From Mustelus asterias (Eukaryota), in the NCBI RefSeq assembly GCF_964213995.1, contig NW_027590138.1, positions 682,001 to 746,000 on the forward strand: a stretch of 64,000 nt of DNA, written 5' to 3'. Positions 52,634 to 63,335 of the stretch are shown piece by piece; positions within the stretch are counted from its first letter, which is position 1, and the number at the start of each line of letters is the position of its first letter. Position numbers and translations under genes: made by a program. The notes under the pieces were generated by a model. It was not told the DNA's origin. It searched no databases and was given only the letters and a program-made list of their open reading frames with translations.

Positions 52634-53170
52634 ATGTGCTCCTCATTTTGGTTGCTGATAATAATGGTCTTGCGGCCCGGTGAGTCAATAAGCTCTGACA
52701 AAATGTCATCCTGACACGAAACGTTACCTCTGTTCTCCCTCTCACACATGTCAGATCTGCTGAAGATTTCCAGCATTTACTTTGAGCCAATGTTTAAATG
52801 ATCAGCGTCTGTCCCATGGACTATGTTCGCTCCCAGATTTTGAAGAACATCTGTGTTTTATTACAGGGACAAATGCTGAAGATTCAGTGTTTCAAGATCG
52901 ATCTGAATTATCGATTCTGGAAGGACAGAACATAACACTGGGCTGTAAATACTCAACAGCTGCTCTTCGAGCCCTGTTCTGGTACATCCTGTATCCCGGG
53001 CAAGCTCCAAGGCAGCTGATGAATATTTTTAGCTCGGGCGATACCGATAAGCCTCCGGATATCCCAGATAGGTTCTCGGCTGCTTTACAGAAAGGAAACA
53101 ACGCTGTTCCTTTAAATATCGCCAGCACTCTTCTGTCTGGCACCGCCGTGTATTTCTGTGCCATGGAGCA
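52634..53170 (+). CDS. TCR alpha/delta V gene (leader 52634-52679, V exon 52867-53170), open reading frame
   Basis: Leader MCSSFWLLIIMVLRP|gtgagt and acceptor ttacag|. V: GTNAEDSVFQDRSELSILEGQNITLGCKYS...LFWYILYPGQAP...LLSGTAVYFCAME. The conserved D of DTAVY is G here. Confidence 0.9.
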
Positions 53171-53210
53171 CACACTGGTTCAGAGATATAGCGAAACACG
53201 TACAGAAACT
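53171..53210 (+). other. RSS with 24-nt spacer
   Basis: CACACTG 53171-53177, spacer 53178-53201 (24 nt), ACAGAAACT 53202-53210. Confidence 0.85.
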
Positions 53211-53235
53211 CCAGACTGGGAGTTCTAGTTAGTGG

Positions 53236-53249
53236 ACGGCAGAGGGCGC
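53236..53249 (+). promoter_or_regulatory. CTCF-type motif 3' of V RSS
   Basis: ACGGCAGAGGGCGC, 25 bp beyond the nonamer. Confidence 0.55.
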
Positions 53250-54082
53250 GCTCACACAGATAAACAGAAACAATTCAGTCTCAACAGTGAGTGTCACCGC
53301 ATCATAAACAGAATTACAAAACAAAACACAACGCTCAACATGAACAGCTGAGCCGCAGTTGGTTTTAACTTGTAACCATGCTAAAAATGCATTTATGATT
53401 AATTAACTCACACTTAGCCTTTTGCTGATATTTCCTTGCATATGTGAATTATTCCCTATCTTCACTCTTCGTTTTGTGGTCGGTTTGATCAAAGGGTCCA
53501 TTTGATCAGAGTATTATGCTCGCTAAGGGATCAGGTATATAACATGTGCATTTCACAAGGTTGACTGAGAACCATTCAAACAATCCCTGAGAGCAAGGTA
53601 CCATCAATGTTCATTCTCATTTTCAATGACTGTCAACTGTTTTTTGACATAATTCGCAACTTTATAATAACCGGACCAGCGACTTTAATCCAACCCCTGT
53701 CCCGAACAATAGAGCGATATTCCTATTAAGCCAACTGAATATAACCCAGCTTGGGATGTTTCTGCTCACTGAAAACCACGTATCCATCCACAGGACTAAA
53801 AACACGACAGGGGACACATGAAAGTGAGGTTCGAGGATCCGATCACATTATAGCAGATTACTAAGAATGTGGATTGGAACGAGAGTTTTCTTGCGTCAAC
53901 TTACCCTTTTACAGAGCGGCCAGCGACAAAGTGTAAGGCGGCAATTGGGTTGTATGGGGTGGGGAGGGGAGATTTCGGGCAGATAATTGTGAAATATACA
54001 CATTTAATCTCAGTTCCAAATCATGTTGGAGAGTTTAAAAGCACTCCAATCTGATTAGTTCAGATTTTAATATACATTTCAG

Positions 54083-54216
54083 ATCTGAGTCATGGAAATT
54101 CTGTCACTTAGTTACTGTCCTCAAATGATAAGACAGAAGGAGAAGTGTTTTTTTTAAGTTTCACCTATGATATTACATGGAGTGATTTTGTTTTATTCTG
54201 GCATTGTCTACTCCCG
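54083..54216 (+). pseudogene. 5' V-segment relic (family of the V at 40.65 kb)
   Basis: tttcag|ATCTGAGTCATGGAAATTCTGTCACT = (D)LSHGNSVT*...KTEGEVFFLSFTY...VLFWH; truncated after the FR2 Trp. Confidence 0.7.
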
Positions 54217-55051
54217 ATGAGCTGCACTTACAGGAAGTCTTAATCATGTCTGCGGACAAGCGGTGAGACAAACAACAGCAGCAGCACCGTTCAGGCATCC
54301 AAACCTCTCTCAATTTCAATGTGTAGGAAATGGACTCTGAAGAGTTGACCAGAAGAAGGACTCACGTATGGAGTTTATGATGAATCATAGAATCATAGAA
54401 AAAGAATCCTTACAGTTCAGAAGGGGTGCATTCGGCCCATCGAGTCTGCACTTGCCACAGTCTCACCCAGGCCCTATTCCCGTCACCCCACACATTTGCC
54501 CTGTTAATCCCCCTGACACAGAGGTCAATTTAGCATGGCTAATCAACCTAACCCGCACATCTTTGGACGGATAGCAGCCCCATCCATGCACTCTGCATCA
54601 TCTCCGGAAGCTCCTGTCCTGGCTTTTCAATTTTGTGATTCATTTCTTAAAGTTACAAAGTTACAAAGCCAATGCGCAGAGCGGAGAGGACAATCAAGAA
54701 CCAATCTCCACACCTGCCCCTACATCAATTAAAATTCAAATTCAACCCAATTGATGATCCCCACAAGAGATATGAGCAAGATCCAAGCTGACAAGAGAAG
54801 GTATTGCACGTGAACTTGGGCTTTATGCGACGCTTAGTCTTAGCCAAAAACCCGAGAAGTTTGCAGCGGTTAGACTCGTGGACAGTTGCAGCCACATTGA
54901 GGACCGGCGCTGTCAGCCGCTCAAACAAACACCGAGAGAAACCAAATTAACATTGCATCAAACTGTCACGCACCTGTTTCCAGCAGTGGCTGAGAAAACA
55001 GGCAGCAGAATATGATCAGACCGACAGTTCCATCATCAACTCAGCCTATCG

Positions 55052-55372
55052 ATAGAAAACAGAATCCCTACCGTGCAGAAGGAGGCCATTCGGCCCATCG
55101 ATTCTGCACCGGCAACAATCCCACCCAGGCCCTATCCCCTGAACTCCATGCATTTACCCTGGCTAGTCCTCCTGACACTAAGAGGCAATTTATCATGGCA
55201 AATCCACCCAACCCGCACATCTTTGGACTGTGGGAGGAAACCGGAGCACTCAGAGTAAACCCACGCAGACACGGGGAGAACATGCACACTCCACACAGAC
55301 AGTGAGCCAATGCCGGAATTGAACCCGGGTCCCTGGCGCTGTGAGGCATCAGTGATAATCATTGTGCCACCA
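55052..55372 (-). mobile_element. SINE (HE1/V-SINE type)
   Basis: Antisense family match. Partial copies also at 44525-44760, 54385-54570, 58150-58270 and 63770-64000. Confidence 0.85.
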
Positions 55373-55435
55373 TTTGGCCCATAAAAAATTGAAATCATGC
55401 AGACTTCCCGCAACCTAACTGAGAACGTTTAATAA

Positions 55436-55503
55436 TGTATCTGCCCGGTTTCGAACCGGGGACCTTTCGCGTGTGAAGCGAATGTGATGACAATTACAGA
55501 AAC
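55436..55503 (-). pseudogene. tRNA-Val (CAC) pseudogene
   Basis: Minus strand GTTTCTGTAATTGTCATCACATTCGCTTCACACGCGAAAGGTCCCCGGTTCGAAACCGGGCAGATACA; ~5-nt deletion in the D arm, B box intact. Confidence 0.85.
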
Positions 55504-55543
55504 TGTGAACAACAGAGAGCTTGAACTACCGTCAAGTTTACAT

Positions 55544-55615
55544 CGAGCCAGGCAGAAATCGAACTTGAAACCTTCTGATCCATAATCAGACGCGTTGTGC
55601 CTTGAGCGACTCACC
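55544..55615 (-). pseudogene. tRNA-Arg (ACG-derived) pseudogene
   Basis: Minus strand ...AACGCGTCTGATTATGGATCAGAAGGTTTCAAGTTCGATTTCTGCCTGGCTCG matches the tRNA-Arg-ACG body. Anticodon is mutated to ATG and the 5' half is degenerate. Confidence 0.75.
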
Positions 55616-55888
55616 GACATGAACGCAGGACCTCCCTGCTTCTGATTAGATCTTTATTCTGCAACCTCAGAGCTGGATATTCACATCAGCTTCGGGAGAG
55701 ATGTTTCTGATCAGCTGTTAATTCCCATCAACTCAGGGCTGAATATTCAGATCAGCTCCAGGAGAAATGTTTCTGACCCTCAGACCAGACCCACTGACGT
55801 CACTCGCACTACATAGTGACGTCACATGGGCTATAGGTGACGTCACACATTCTGACGCCACACATTCCGCATTCTGACGTCTGACGTT

Positions 55889-56218
55889 GGGCGGCACGGT
55901 GCCACAGTGGTTAGCACAGCTGCCTCACAGCGCCAGGGACACGGGTTCGATTCCAGCCTCGGGTCACTGTCTGTCTGGAGTTTGGATGTTCTCCCCGTGT
56001 CTGCGCGGGTTTCCTCCGGGTGCTGTGGTTTCCTCTCACAGTCCAAAGATGTGCGGGTTAGGTTGACTAGCCATGTTGAATTGCCTCCTCATGTCAGGGG
56101 GATTCGCGGGGTAAAGATGTGAGGTTACAGGGAGAGGGCCTGGGTGGGACTGTGGTCGGTGCGGGTTCAATGGGCCGAATGGTCTCCTTCTGCACTGTAA
56201 ACATTCTATGATTCTATG
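55889..56218 (+). mobile_element. SINE (HE1/V-SINE type) inserted in CRE array
   Basis: Full-length family match with (ATTCTATG)2 tail. Confidence 0.9.
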
Positions 56219-56500
56219 AGTTTCCAATGCCACGGATGCTCTGACGTCAGAATGCCGGATGTTCTGACGTCACAATACCGGATGTTCTGTCGCATGCGCA
56301 CTCTCCTCCCCCGCACTATCAATTCTGAAGCTCCTTCACTGATTCACTTTGTGATCACAAGTCCCAGCGACCCGGCTCTCACCGCCACTCTGTGACTGGT
56401 TTGGGGTTCGGTTTGATATCCAATAGCGTTGCTTTCCCAGGAGCTTCTCTCAGCCTGGGATCTGCTGACAGCTGTTTCACACAAGCCGATAGGATCCAAC

Positions 56501-57003
56501 ATGTTTCTGACCTTCACTTTGGTGATTATTTTCCTGGATTTATTACTGTTTCCTCAGTGTAAGTGTGGTCACTATTTCTGACAGGAATATTTCACACCTC
56601 AGCAATGTTAGGTTCTGTTAAATTGTACTCAGCTTTATTATATCATCTCGAATTGTGAATACAATTGTACTTTATTGTGCTACATTATAGTACGATATGT
56701 TCTTACTGCAAATGTACATATTCTTCCCAGATGCCGCTGGCAGTGAAGAGCTATCACAGTCTCCGGAGTCAGTGGTTGTTACCGAGGAAGCCACTGCATC
56801 GTTGAACTGTTCAACCACAGTAGCTGGAGAGGTCCTTCAATGGTACAGACAAAATCTAGACAGAACCGTGCAGCACCTGGTGACCGGTACCAGCGATCAG
56901 GGCAGGATCACGGCTCGGCATACTTTCTCAGAGAACCACAGCGTTCTGAATGTTCGTGAAGCTCGGCTGACAGACACCGCCACCTATTTCTGTGCAATGG
57001 AGG
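56501..57003 (+). CDS. TCR alpha-type V gene, apparently functional (leader 56501-56558, V exon 56731-57003)
   Basis: Leader MFLTFTLVIIFLDLLLFPQ|gtaagt and acceptor ttcccag|. V: AAGSEELSQSPESVVVTEEATASLNCSTT...LQWYRQ...GRITA...DTATYFCAME. Confidence 0.92.
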
Positions 57004-57042
57004 CACAATGTAGCAAAGACCGTACAGGGCCGTACAAAAACC
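57004..57042 (+). other. 23-RSS
   Basis: CACAATG 57004-57010, 23 nt, ACAAAAACC 57034-57042. Confidence 0.92.
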
Positions 57043-58599
57043 TGCCGCGATCATCCAGAAAGTGGAGCCTGTGCAGAGAGCTGGGCTTTTAATCACTCTC
57101 TCCCTTGGATACGCGCCGCAGTCACCCGATCAGTGAGATCTGTTGCCGATTTGGGTTTACTCTTTAAAATCAAAACAGAACGGATAAAATACATTTAAAT
57201 TGGGTTATTTTCTGTGGAAATGTCATCCGGGCAGCGCATGTTCCATGGTGCTTCCAAATTGGAATAATCGTGGTATTCGGTGAGTCAATATTAAAAGGAT
57301 CCTTGTCTATTTCCTGTGATAAATCCCATTCCAGTCTGTGACACATTCTAAGTTCGGCTGCAGGGACGAGTGACAGACATTGAGTTTCCCAGACTCCATC
57401 GGAGTTGAACGCTCTGAAAGACCAGTCAGGAGTGCTAAGGGACAGTCACTCCATATCTGAAAGCTTTCTGTACCTATCTAGACAGAGCAGTATTCCGGGT
57501 AAGTTATGGGATATTTAATGAAGTGGTAGAGGGCCAGACATTGAGATAGGTCCCAAGGTCTCTCGGACCGGTTCGCTGTTGACTTGAACGAACAAAGACA
57601 GCAATACACCTGTTCGATAAATAAACGACCAAGTCATCCCATTTTCACAGAAAAGTGGACAGGGATCGAAAAATGTTATTCATTGCACTGCCACTTGTTA
57701 CCATCTGGAGTAGAGCGCCACAAACTATAAAGGAAGAGCATTCAATAGTAAATTTCAAAAAGGCATTGCCAGACCTTGAGAACGGAAAACAACTCGTGGA
57801 ATGCGGGGTGAGAAGAGCAATTGGGAAAGATCTTTCATTGAGCCACAGGGAGAGTCAATTGTTTCTGATCCATTCGCGCCCGTCCGTCACTATTTTTTCT
57901 CAGTCACTTGAGCAGTCAGCAGATGCAGGCTAGTCACAGACTGCTGCAGGTTCAGCCGCCGCTATTTCCTCTCCATCACCTGCGACTGCCGCTGAGAACT
58001 CCGCACTTCCATCAGCTTTGAGTCTGCGGTGACCCCGGCCACAGTTTCCGGTTGCTGCTTTTCATTCTAACACCATTGTGCTTTTCGAGACATTGCTGCC
58101 GCTGGTCGATTTCTGTCATTGGTTAGATCAGAAGTTCAGTGCTTCAGTCTATTCATTAGTGTAGCAAGTAAGCTTATATAAACACTGCAATGAAGTTACT
58201 GTGGAAATCCCCTCGTTGCCACACTCCGGCGCCTGTTCGGGTACACTGAGGGAGAGTTTAGCATGGCTGATTAGCGACTGATTCAGGAAGTGGTGCGTGG
58301 TACTGTCGGATAATACAGCCTTTTTAACGAGGTGAGTCTGTGTTGAAATTATTATTGAGCAATCCAAGCATTCATAACTACAGCAGACTTTGACACATCC
58401 AATGTTTGGTTCTAGGAATTGCTGGCGCAATCTCAGTTAACGGCCCTGGAAGATGATATAACAGTAATTTTTGGCTACATGATCTCTACATCTGGGAGCT
58501 TGCATTACCGCTGCTCTGAAGTAGATTTGGAGGTTAACTGCATGCATTGCGCCATAAAGATATGTCTCATGATTTCGCAATCTGTTCCTCTGGTGACCT

Positions 58600-58925
58600 A
58601 GACAAGATGTGGAGATGCCGGCGTTGGACTGGGGTAAACACAGTAAGAAGTCTAACAACACCAGGTTAAAGTTCAACAGGTTTATTTGGTAGCAAAAACC
58701 ACGAGCTTTCGGAGCGCTGCCCCTTCGTCAGGTGGGTGGGAGTTCTGATCACAAACAGTGCACAAAGACACAAACTCAATTTACATGAATAATGATTGGA
58801 ATGTGAGTCTTTACAGCTAATCAAGTCTTAAAGGTACAGACAATGTGAGTGGAGGAAGCATTAAGCACAGGTTAAACAGATGTGTATTGTCTCCAGACAG
58901 GACAGTTAGTGAGATTTTGCACAGG
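58600..58925 (-). mobile_element. Penelope-like element terminal fragment
   Basis: Minus strand CCTGACGAAGGGGCAGCGCTCCGAAAGCTCGTG...CCAAATAAACCTGTTG; related pieces at 30190-30262 and 39548-39624. Confidence 0.6.
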
Positions 58926-59940
58926 TTTTGCCACACTCTCTGACAGAGATTTTGCAACGAGAGACAGAGGGAGAGTGTGTGCGTGTGTCCTTGTGTGTGA
59001 GAGAGTTCAAAGTAACCTTCAAATACCTGGACTCCGCAATCTCTTTACTCCAGGATCAGTGTGGCAACCCTGTCTGACAGAGAATTAAACATTCCCACTG
59101 TATTCTGTGTTAATAAAGTTTCTAACATCACCACAGCACGACACTGGAAATGAGCTTCCTTGGGTTAGAAAGTGCTTTTGGACATCGGAAGTCTGTAAAA
59201 GGCATCAATAAAAATCTTTACTGCTGTTTTCGACTGAAATTTCTTTCTGGAGATTAAATTCATTGTCTTCATATTTCCACGGCCAGAAAAGTTTATTTTT
59301 AATTTCATTTTTTGAATTTAAATCCGTTTCTTTCCCGGATTGGGTTAATGAGTGGCCACCACTTCCTAGGATTTCCCGGATTCTGTCTCCAGTCGGTTCA
59401 GATATTCTTTCCGCTCCAGAGGACACAGGCAGTCTGGCAGGAATAAGAATCCGGGAACTTACCGAGGGGACAGTGCCGTGCTCAGGGAACGCTGCACCTT
59501 CAGAGCTGTCAGCCACTCGGTGACCTGTTCAATCGGGGGCACCGTGTTCCCTCTCAGTTGGAGGTGACACATCACATGGTCACTGTTTCCAAGAAGAGCA
59601 GAGAAATGTCCTGTTTGATATCTGTTCACCAATCACAATTACTGAAACAGAGAGAACACTACAATATTACTGAATGAAATGTCACACTGAGTCCAAATTG
59701 GCTGCTGTGTTTTCCACAGTGACAGGGAAACACTTTGGGACATCAAACTGTACAAATAGTGAAATGTTCATTCCCTAAGCTGCCCCCATTGTTTTAGTTT
59801 GGTAATATATTTATTATTAATACATATATATATATTAGAATTAAAAGTTTGAGATAACAACACGATTTCAGGTTCCAGATCAGACTCACTCTGATCACAA
59901 TGTTTGCCTAACGCTCTGTTGTGTTGAGTGAGGCTTTGGC

Positions 59941-59979
59941 AGTTTTTGTGCAGGTTCAGCCCAGCTCTGTGTCTCTGTG
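59941..59979 (-). other. 23-RSS
   Basis: Minus strand CACAGAG (59973-79), 23 nt, ACAAAAACT (59941-49). Confidence 0.9.
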
Positions 59980-60830
59980 GGACTCAGTGCGCAGTAATAA
60001 ACCCCGGAGTCTGTCAGCTCTGTTTTAGAAACTTTCAGCGGGACTGTGCGGGTTGTATCATTGAGTTCCGCTGAAAAACGGTCCCCTTTGGATCTCCCTG
60101 TGTTCCCGGTGTATTTATTTGTGTGCAGAAAATACTTCATGGATCCGCTGGGATACTGACGGTACCAGAATAGATAAAGGTCGCTGCTTGTACTTGTGTA
60201 ATTACAGAGCAACCTAACATCATCTCCTTCAGTGACGGTGACTGCAGCCGCTGTCTGTGAAACAGAATCTCCTCGGGAATGTCCTGGAAAAGTCCAAAGA
60301 AATATTAAATTAAACATTGTGACTTGACTCCGTTTCCCCCAGAATTCGCCCGTTATCGGCAAAAATAATCTGAGAGAGAAGGTTCAGCGGCTGGATTGGG
60401 AAGTTTTTGTGGCGATTCAATAAAACTTCCACGATAAACATTGTTCTTTCTAACGAGATCAGTTCCTCGACTTCAGTCCCTGTAACTGGAAACTGCTCAC
60501 GGTCTGTTTGAAGTGTGATGTTTGCCAAAGTGATTCACTGGTATCAGGGGAGCTGGAATCTGAGCCCAACTCATTCTCTATCAATCCCTGGGGGAAATGT
60601 GCCCAATCCCAACAGTGTCCAGTGATGAGACCAGCGAAATCCGGATAACTTTTCGATGTTGAGATCAATCCGTTCCCTCATCACCGACCCCCTCCCCCTC
60701 GCATTGAAGGAACTGCCTGACAGAATATAGTGTGTGGTAATGATGTGTAACACAGACTTGAGCAACTTGTGAAATTACCGGTTAACAGAGCTGCCGCTGT
60801 GAGGAATAAATACCGAGTAACAGGAGACAT
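59980..60830 (-). CDS. TCR alpha/delta V gene, apparently functional (leader 60779-60830, V exon 59980-60283)
   Basis: Leader MSPVTRYLFLTAAALLT|gtaatt and acceptor tttccag|. V: GHSRGDSVSQTAAAVTVTEGDDVRLLCNY...LFWYRQYP...DSGVYYCALS. Confidence 0.92.
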
Positions 60831-62112
60831 GTTTGCAGAGAGCTCGCGGCGGATCTGACCAGAGCGGGTGGGAGATGTCATTGTTTCAGTCAAGAGTTGA
60901 AAGAGGCGGAGTCATATCCAGGCCCCTGTGGATTGGTTCACTGCTGGAAACATCATCAGATGACATCCAATCGGCTTCAAGCTCCTTTGTTCTTCAGTTC
61001 ACCCAATGATCTCACAGCTCCTTTATCTCCAATTCACCCCATAGGCGGAGAGACGGAAGGAACAAAGTGAAGTTGGCCATCCCACGGCAGGGGATTATTT
61101 TCCTCTTCAACAGTTATTTCATGAACCGACCGGTCCCCTGAGTGTTGATGGGTCTGTTCTGACATGGAGAATGACAATGTTCATCCCTACAGCAACATGT
61201 CAAGCAGTTTGTTATCGATCATGTTTGGGACAGCAGCTACAGTGCGGGGGAGGATGAATTTTTAGTTGAAACATGTACTTCACAAGAAGTGGTAGAATAA
61301 TGAAGAGTCTGTGATATTTCCATACGATCTTCCCTCAATTTGTAACTTTGCCGCCTGTGAAATCCTCTTTCAGAGTGGAAGTATAGCTTGCCACGCCATT
61401 GGACTGCTGATCCAATCGGTGCCAAACAGGGAAAAGCAGCAAAGGTCAATATCTACAATAAAATCTCTAATAAAACAACACAGATGAGGCAGGTCAAAGT
61501 GAGAACCACACAGGAAAGCTGTGGGTGTGGCTGCCATAGGCAGTGTGGTGAGAAGTAGAATTTATCTGCAAGGAATTGAACTCAATAACACTATCACATT
61601 GGAAATCATATAAATTTGCCTGTCTGTAGGAGCGGCAGCTGAATGTTCATTCCATACCGCGGACCAACAGTCTCGCACCAGGAAGGTCAGGGTTAGTAAA
61701 TGATCCAATACAAAGCGGGATCTTCATCAGTGATGTAGATGGAAAGTGGGACCGAATAACTGAGTAGCTGGATTGGAGAGGTTCTCAATGAATGTACGAG
61801 GTAACAGAAAAAACTTTAAATGTTTACGTTAAAGGTTGGGGAAGGGAAAGGGACACAATTTCCATAAATCAGCAGACAAGGACAGTCTGGGACAAATAGG
61901 CAGGGAAAGGCATCGAAAACCAAAGAGAAGGCGTTGATGTATCTCAGATCGATTTGTCAATCTTAATTCAATTGCACATGTCAGTTACGATCATTGACAA
62001 ATATAACTGCAATGGGACCACACCAGTTGCTGTTTTTGAGTGTTGTCATTTGTTGCAATGTTAAGAGTTTTCGACACTCTGTGGAAACTGTATTACCTGC
62101 GATAATGTGTGA

Positions 62113-62126
62113 GCGCACCCTGCTGG
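62113..62126 (-). promoter_or_regulatory. CTCF-type motif 3' of V RSS
   Basis: CCAGCAGGGTGCGC on the minus strand, 19 bp beyond the nonamer; one mismatch to CCAGCAGGGGGCGC. Confidence 0.5.
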
Positions 62127-62145
62127 GCACTAACTGGAAGTCTGG

Positions 62146-62185
62146 GGTTTTTGCACGGCATTCACTATATCTCTGCAGCAGTGTG
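62146..62185 (-). other. RSS with 24-nt spacer
   Basis: Minus strand CACACTG (62179-85), spacer 62155-62178 (24 nt), GCAAAAACC (62146-54). Confidence 0.85.
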
Positions 62186-62489
62186 GGCTTCGTGGCACAG
62201 AAGTACACGGCGCTGTCGTAGATCAGTGTGTTACTGATCGTTAGTTCGGTAATCGTGTTCTTTTTATTAAATTTGGAAGAAAACCGATCATTGAGGTCGG
62301 TGTTCCTTTGCACGTTCTCACCTATAAGCTGAAACATGTACACTGGAGCTTTCCCGGGCTGCTGACTGTACCAGTACACATGAGGGCTGGAATCGCTTGT
62401 TTTCAAGGTACAGGTTAGTGTGACATTACTTTCCTCTTTAACCGATATTTCAGGATCCATTTGTTCCACTTTGTCTTGGAGGGTCCATT
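62186..62489 (-). CDS. TCR alpha/delta V exon, open; leader not confidently located
   Basis: Acceptor ttctgttag|. V: (E)WTLQDKVEQMDPEISVKEESNVTLTCTL...VYWYSQQPGKAP...DSAVYFCATKP. Confidence 0.88.
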
Positions 62490-63049
62490 CTAACAGAAAC
62501 AACAGCAATAATGACAATCAGAGTCAGCCTCATATTACCGATTGCAAGCGTTTATGTCGCTGATGTAAATCACCATTTAAAGTCAACAAGGCTGGATGTA
62601 ATTGTTGAGCTCTGATGAAGGGTCATCCAGACTCGAAATGTCGGCTCTATTGTCTCCACAGATGCTGTCAGACCGGCTGAGATCCCAGCATTTTCTGTTT
62701 TGTTTCAGATTCCAGCAGCCGCAGTCATTTGCTTTATCTTAAGAGATTGTTCCTCAACTTGAAATTGACAAAATAAATTGATACGATTGGCTGATTCAAA
62801 CATCCAAATGGAATGTTTAAGGGAATAATCACATGGTCAGAACAAAAAGAAACTAACAACTAACAGTCAGGTGGTTCCTCAGCGTCAAAAACTATTTATT
62901 TTGCACAACAATACTTCTACTTGAATTTGGGTTAATTTAGGAAAAAAAGTCAGGGAAAATTTAGTGAGTTATTTTTAGGTTATGAAAGACTATCCAAAAC
63001 TAAGATGGTCTTGATAATGCCTGAAATCAAACATGATTATAATATATGA

Positions 63050-63335
63050 AATATGATATGGGGTAGACCATTTAGGAGTGAGATGAGGAGAAATATCTTC
63101 ATGCAGAGAGTGGTGAACTTGTGGAATTCACCAGCACAGAAGGCTGTGGAAGCCAAAACATTAGAAATATATCTATTTCCTTCTGAGATATATTCAGACT
63201 CTGAAAGCATCAAGGAGTTTGGGGAGATCAGTGGAGAATGGTGTTGAGATAAGGGATCAGGCATGATCATATTGAACAGCAGAGCAGGCTCAAAGGGCCA
63301 AATGACCTACTCCTGCTTCTATTTTCTATGTTTCT
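63050..63335 (+). mobile_element. CR1 LINE 3' fragment
   Basis: FRSEMRRNIFMQRVVNLWNS. Confidence 0.75.

Noticed and set aside
59715-59755. Perfect CACAGTG heptamer as an orphan RSS or D segment
   Set aside because: No nonamer at 12 or 23 nt spacing.
34100-62500. IgH-like (TAILV) or NAR-type V segments
   Set aside because: All V exons have TCR-type WY(R/I/S) frameworks. None shows VH WVRQ..GLEW features or NAR V architecture with adjacent D/J.
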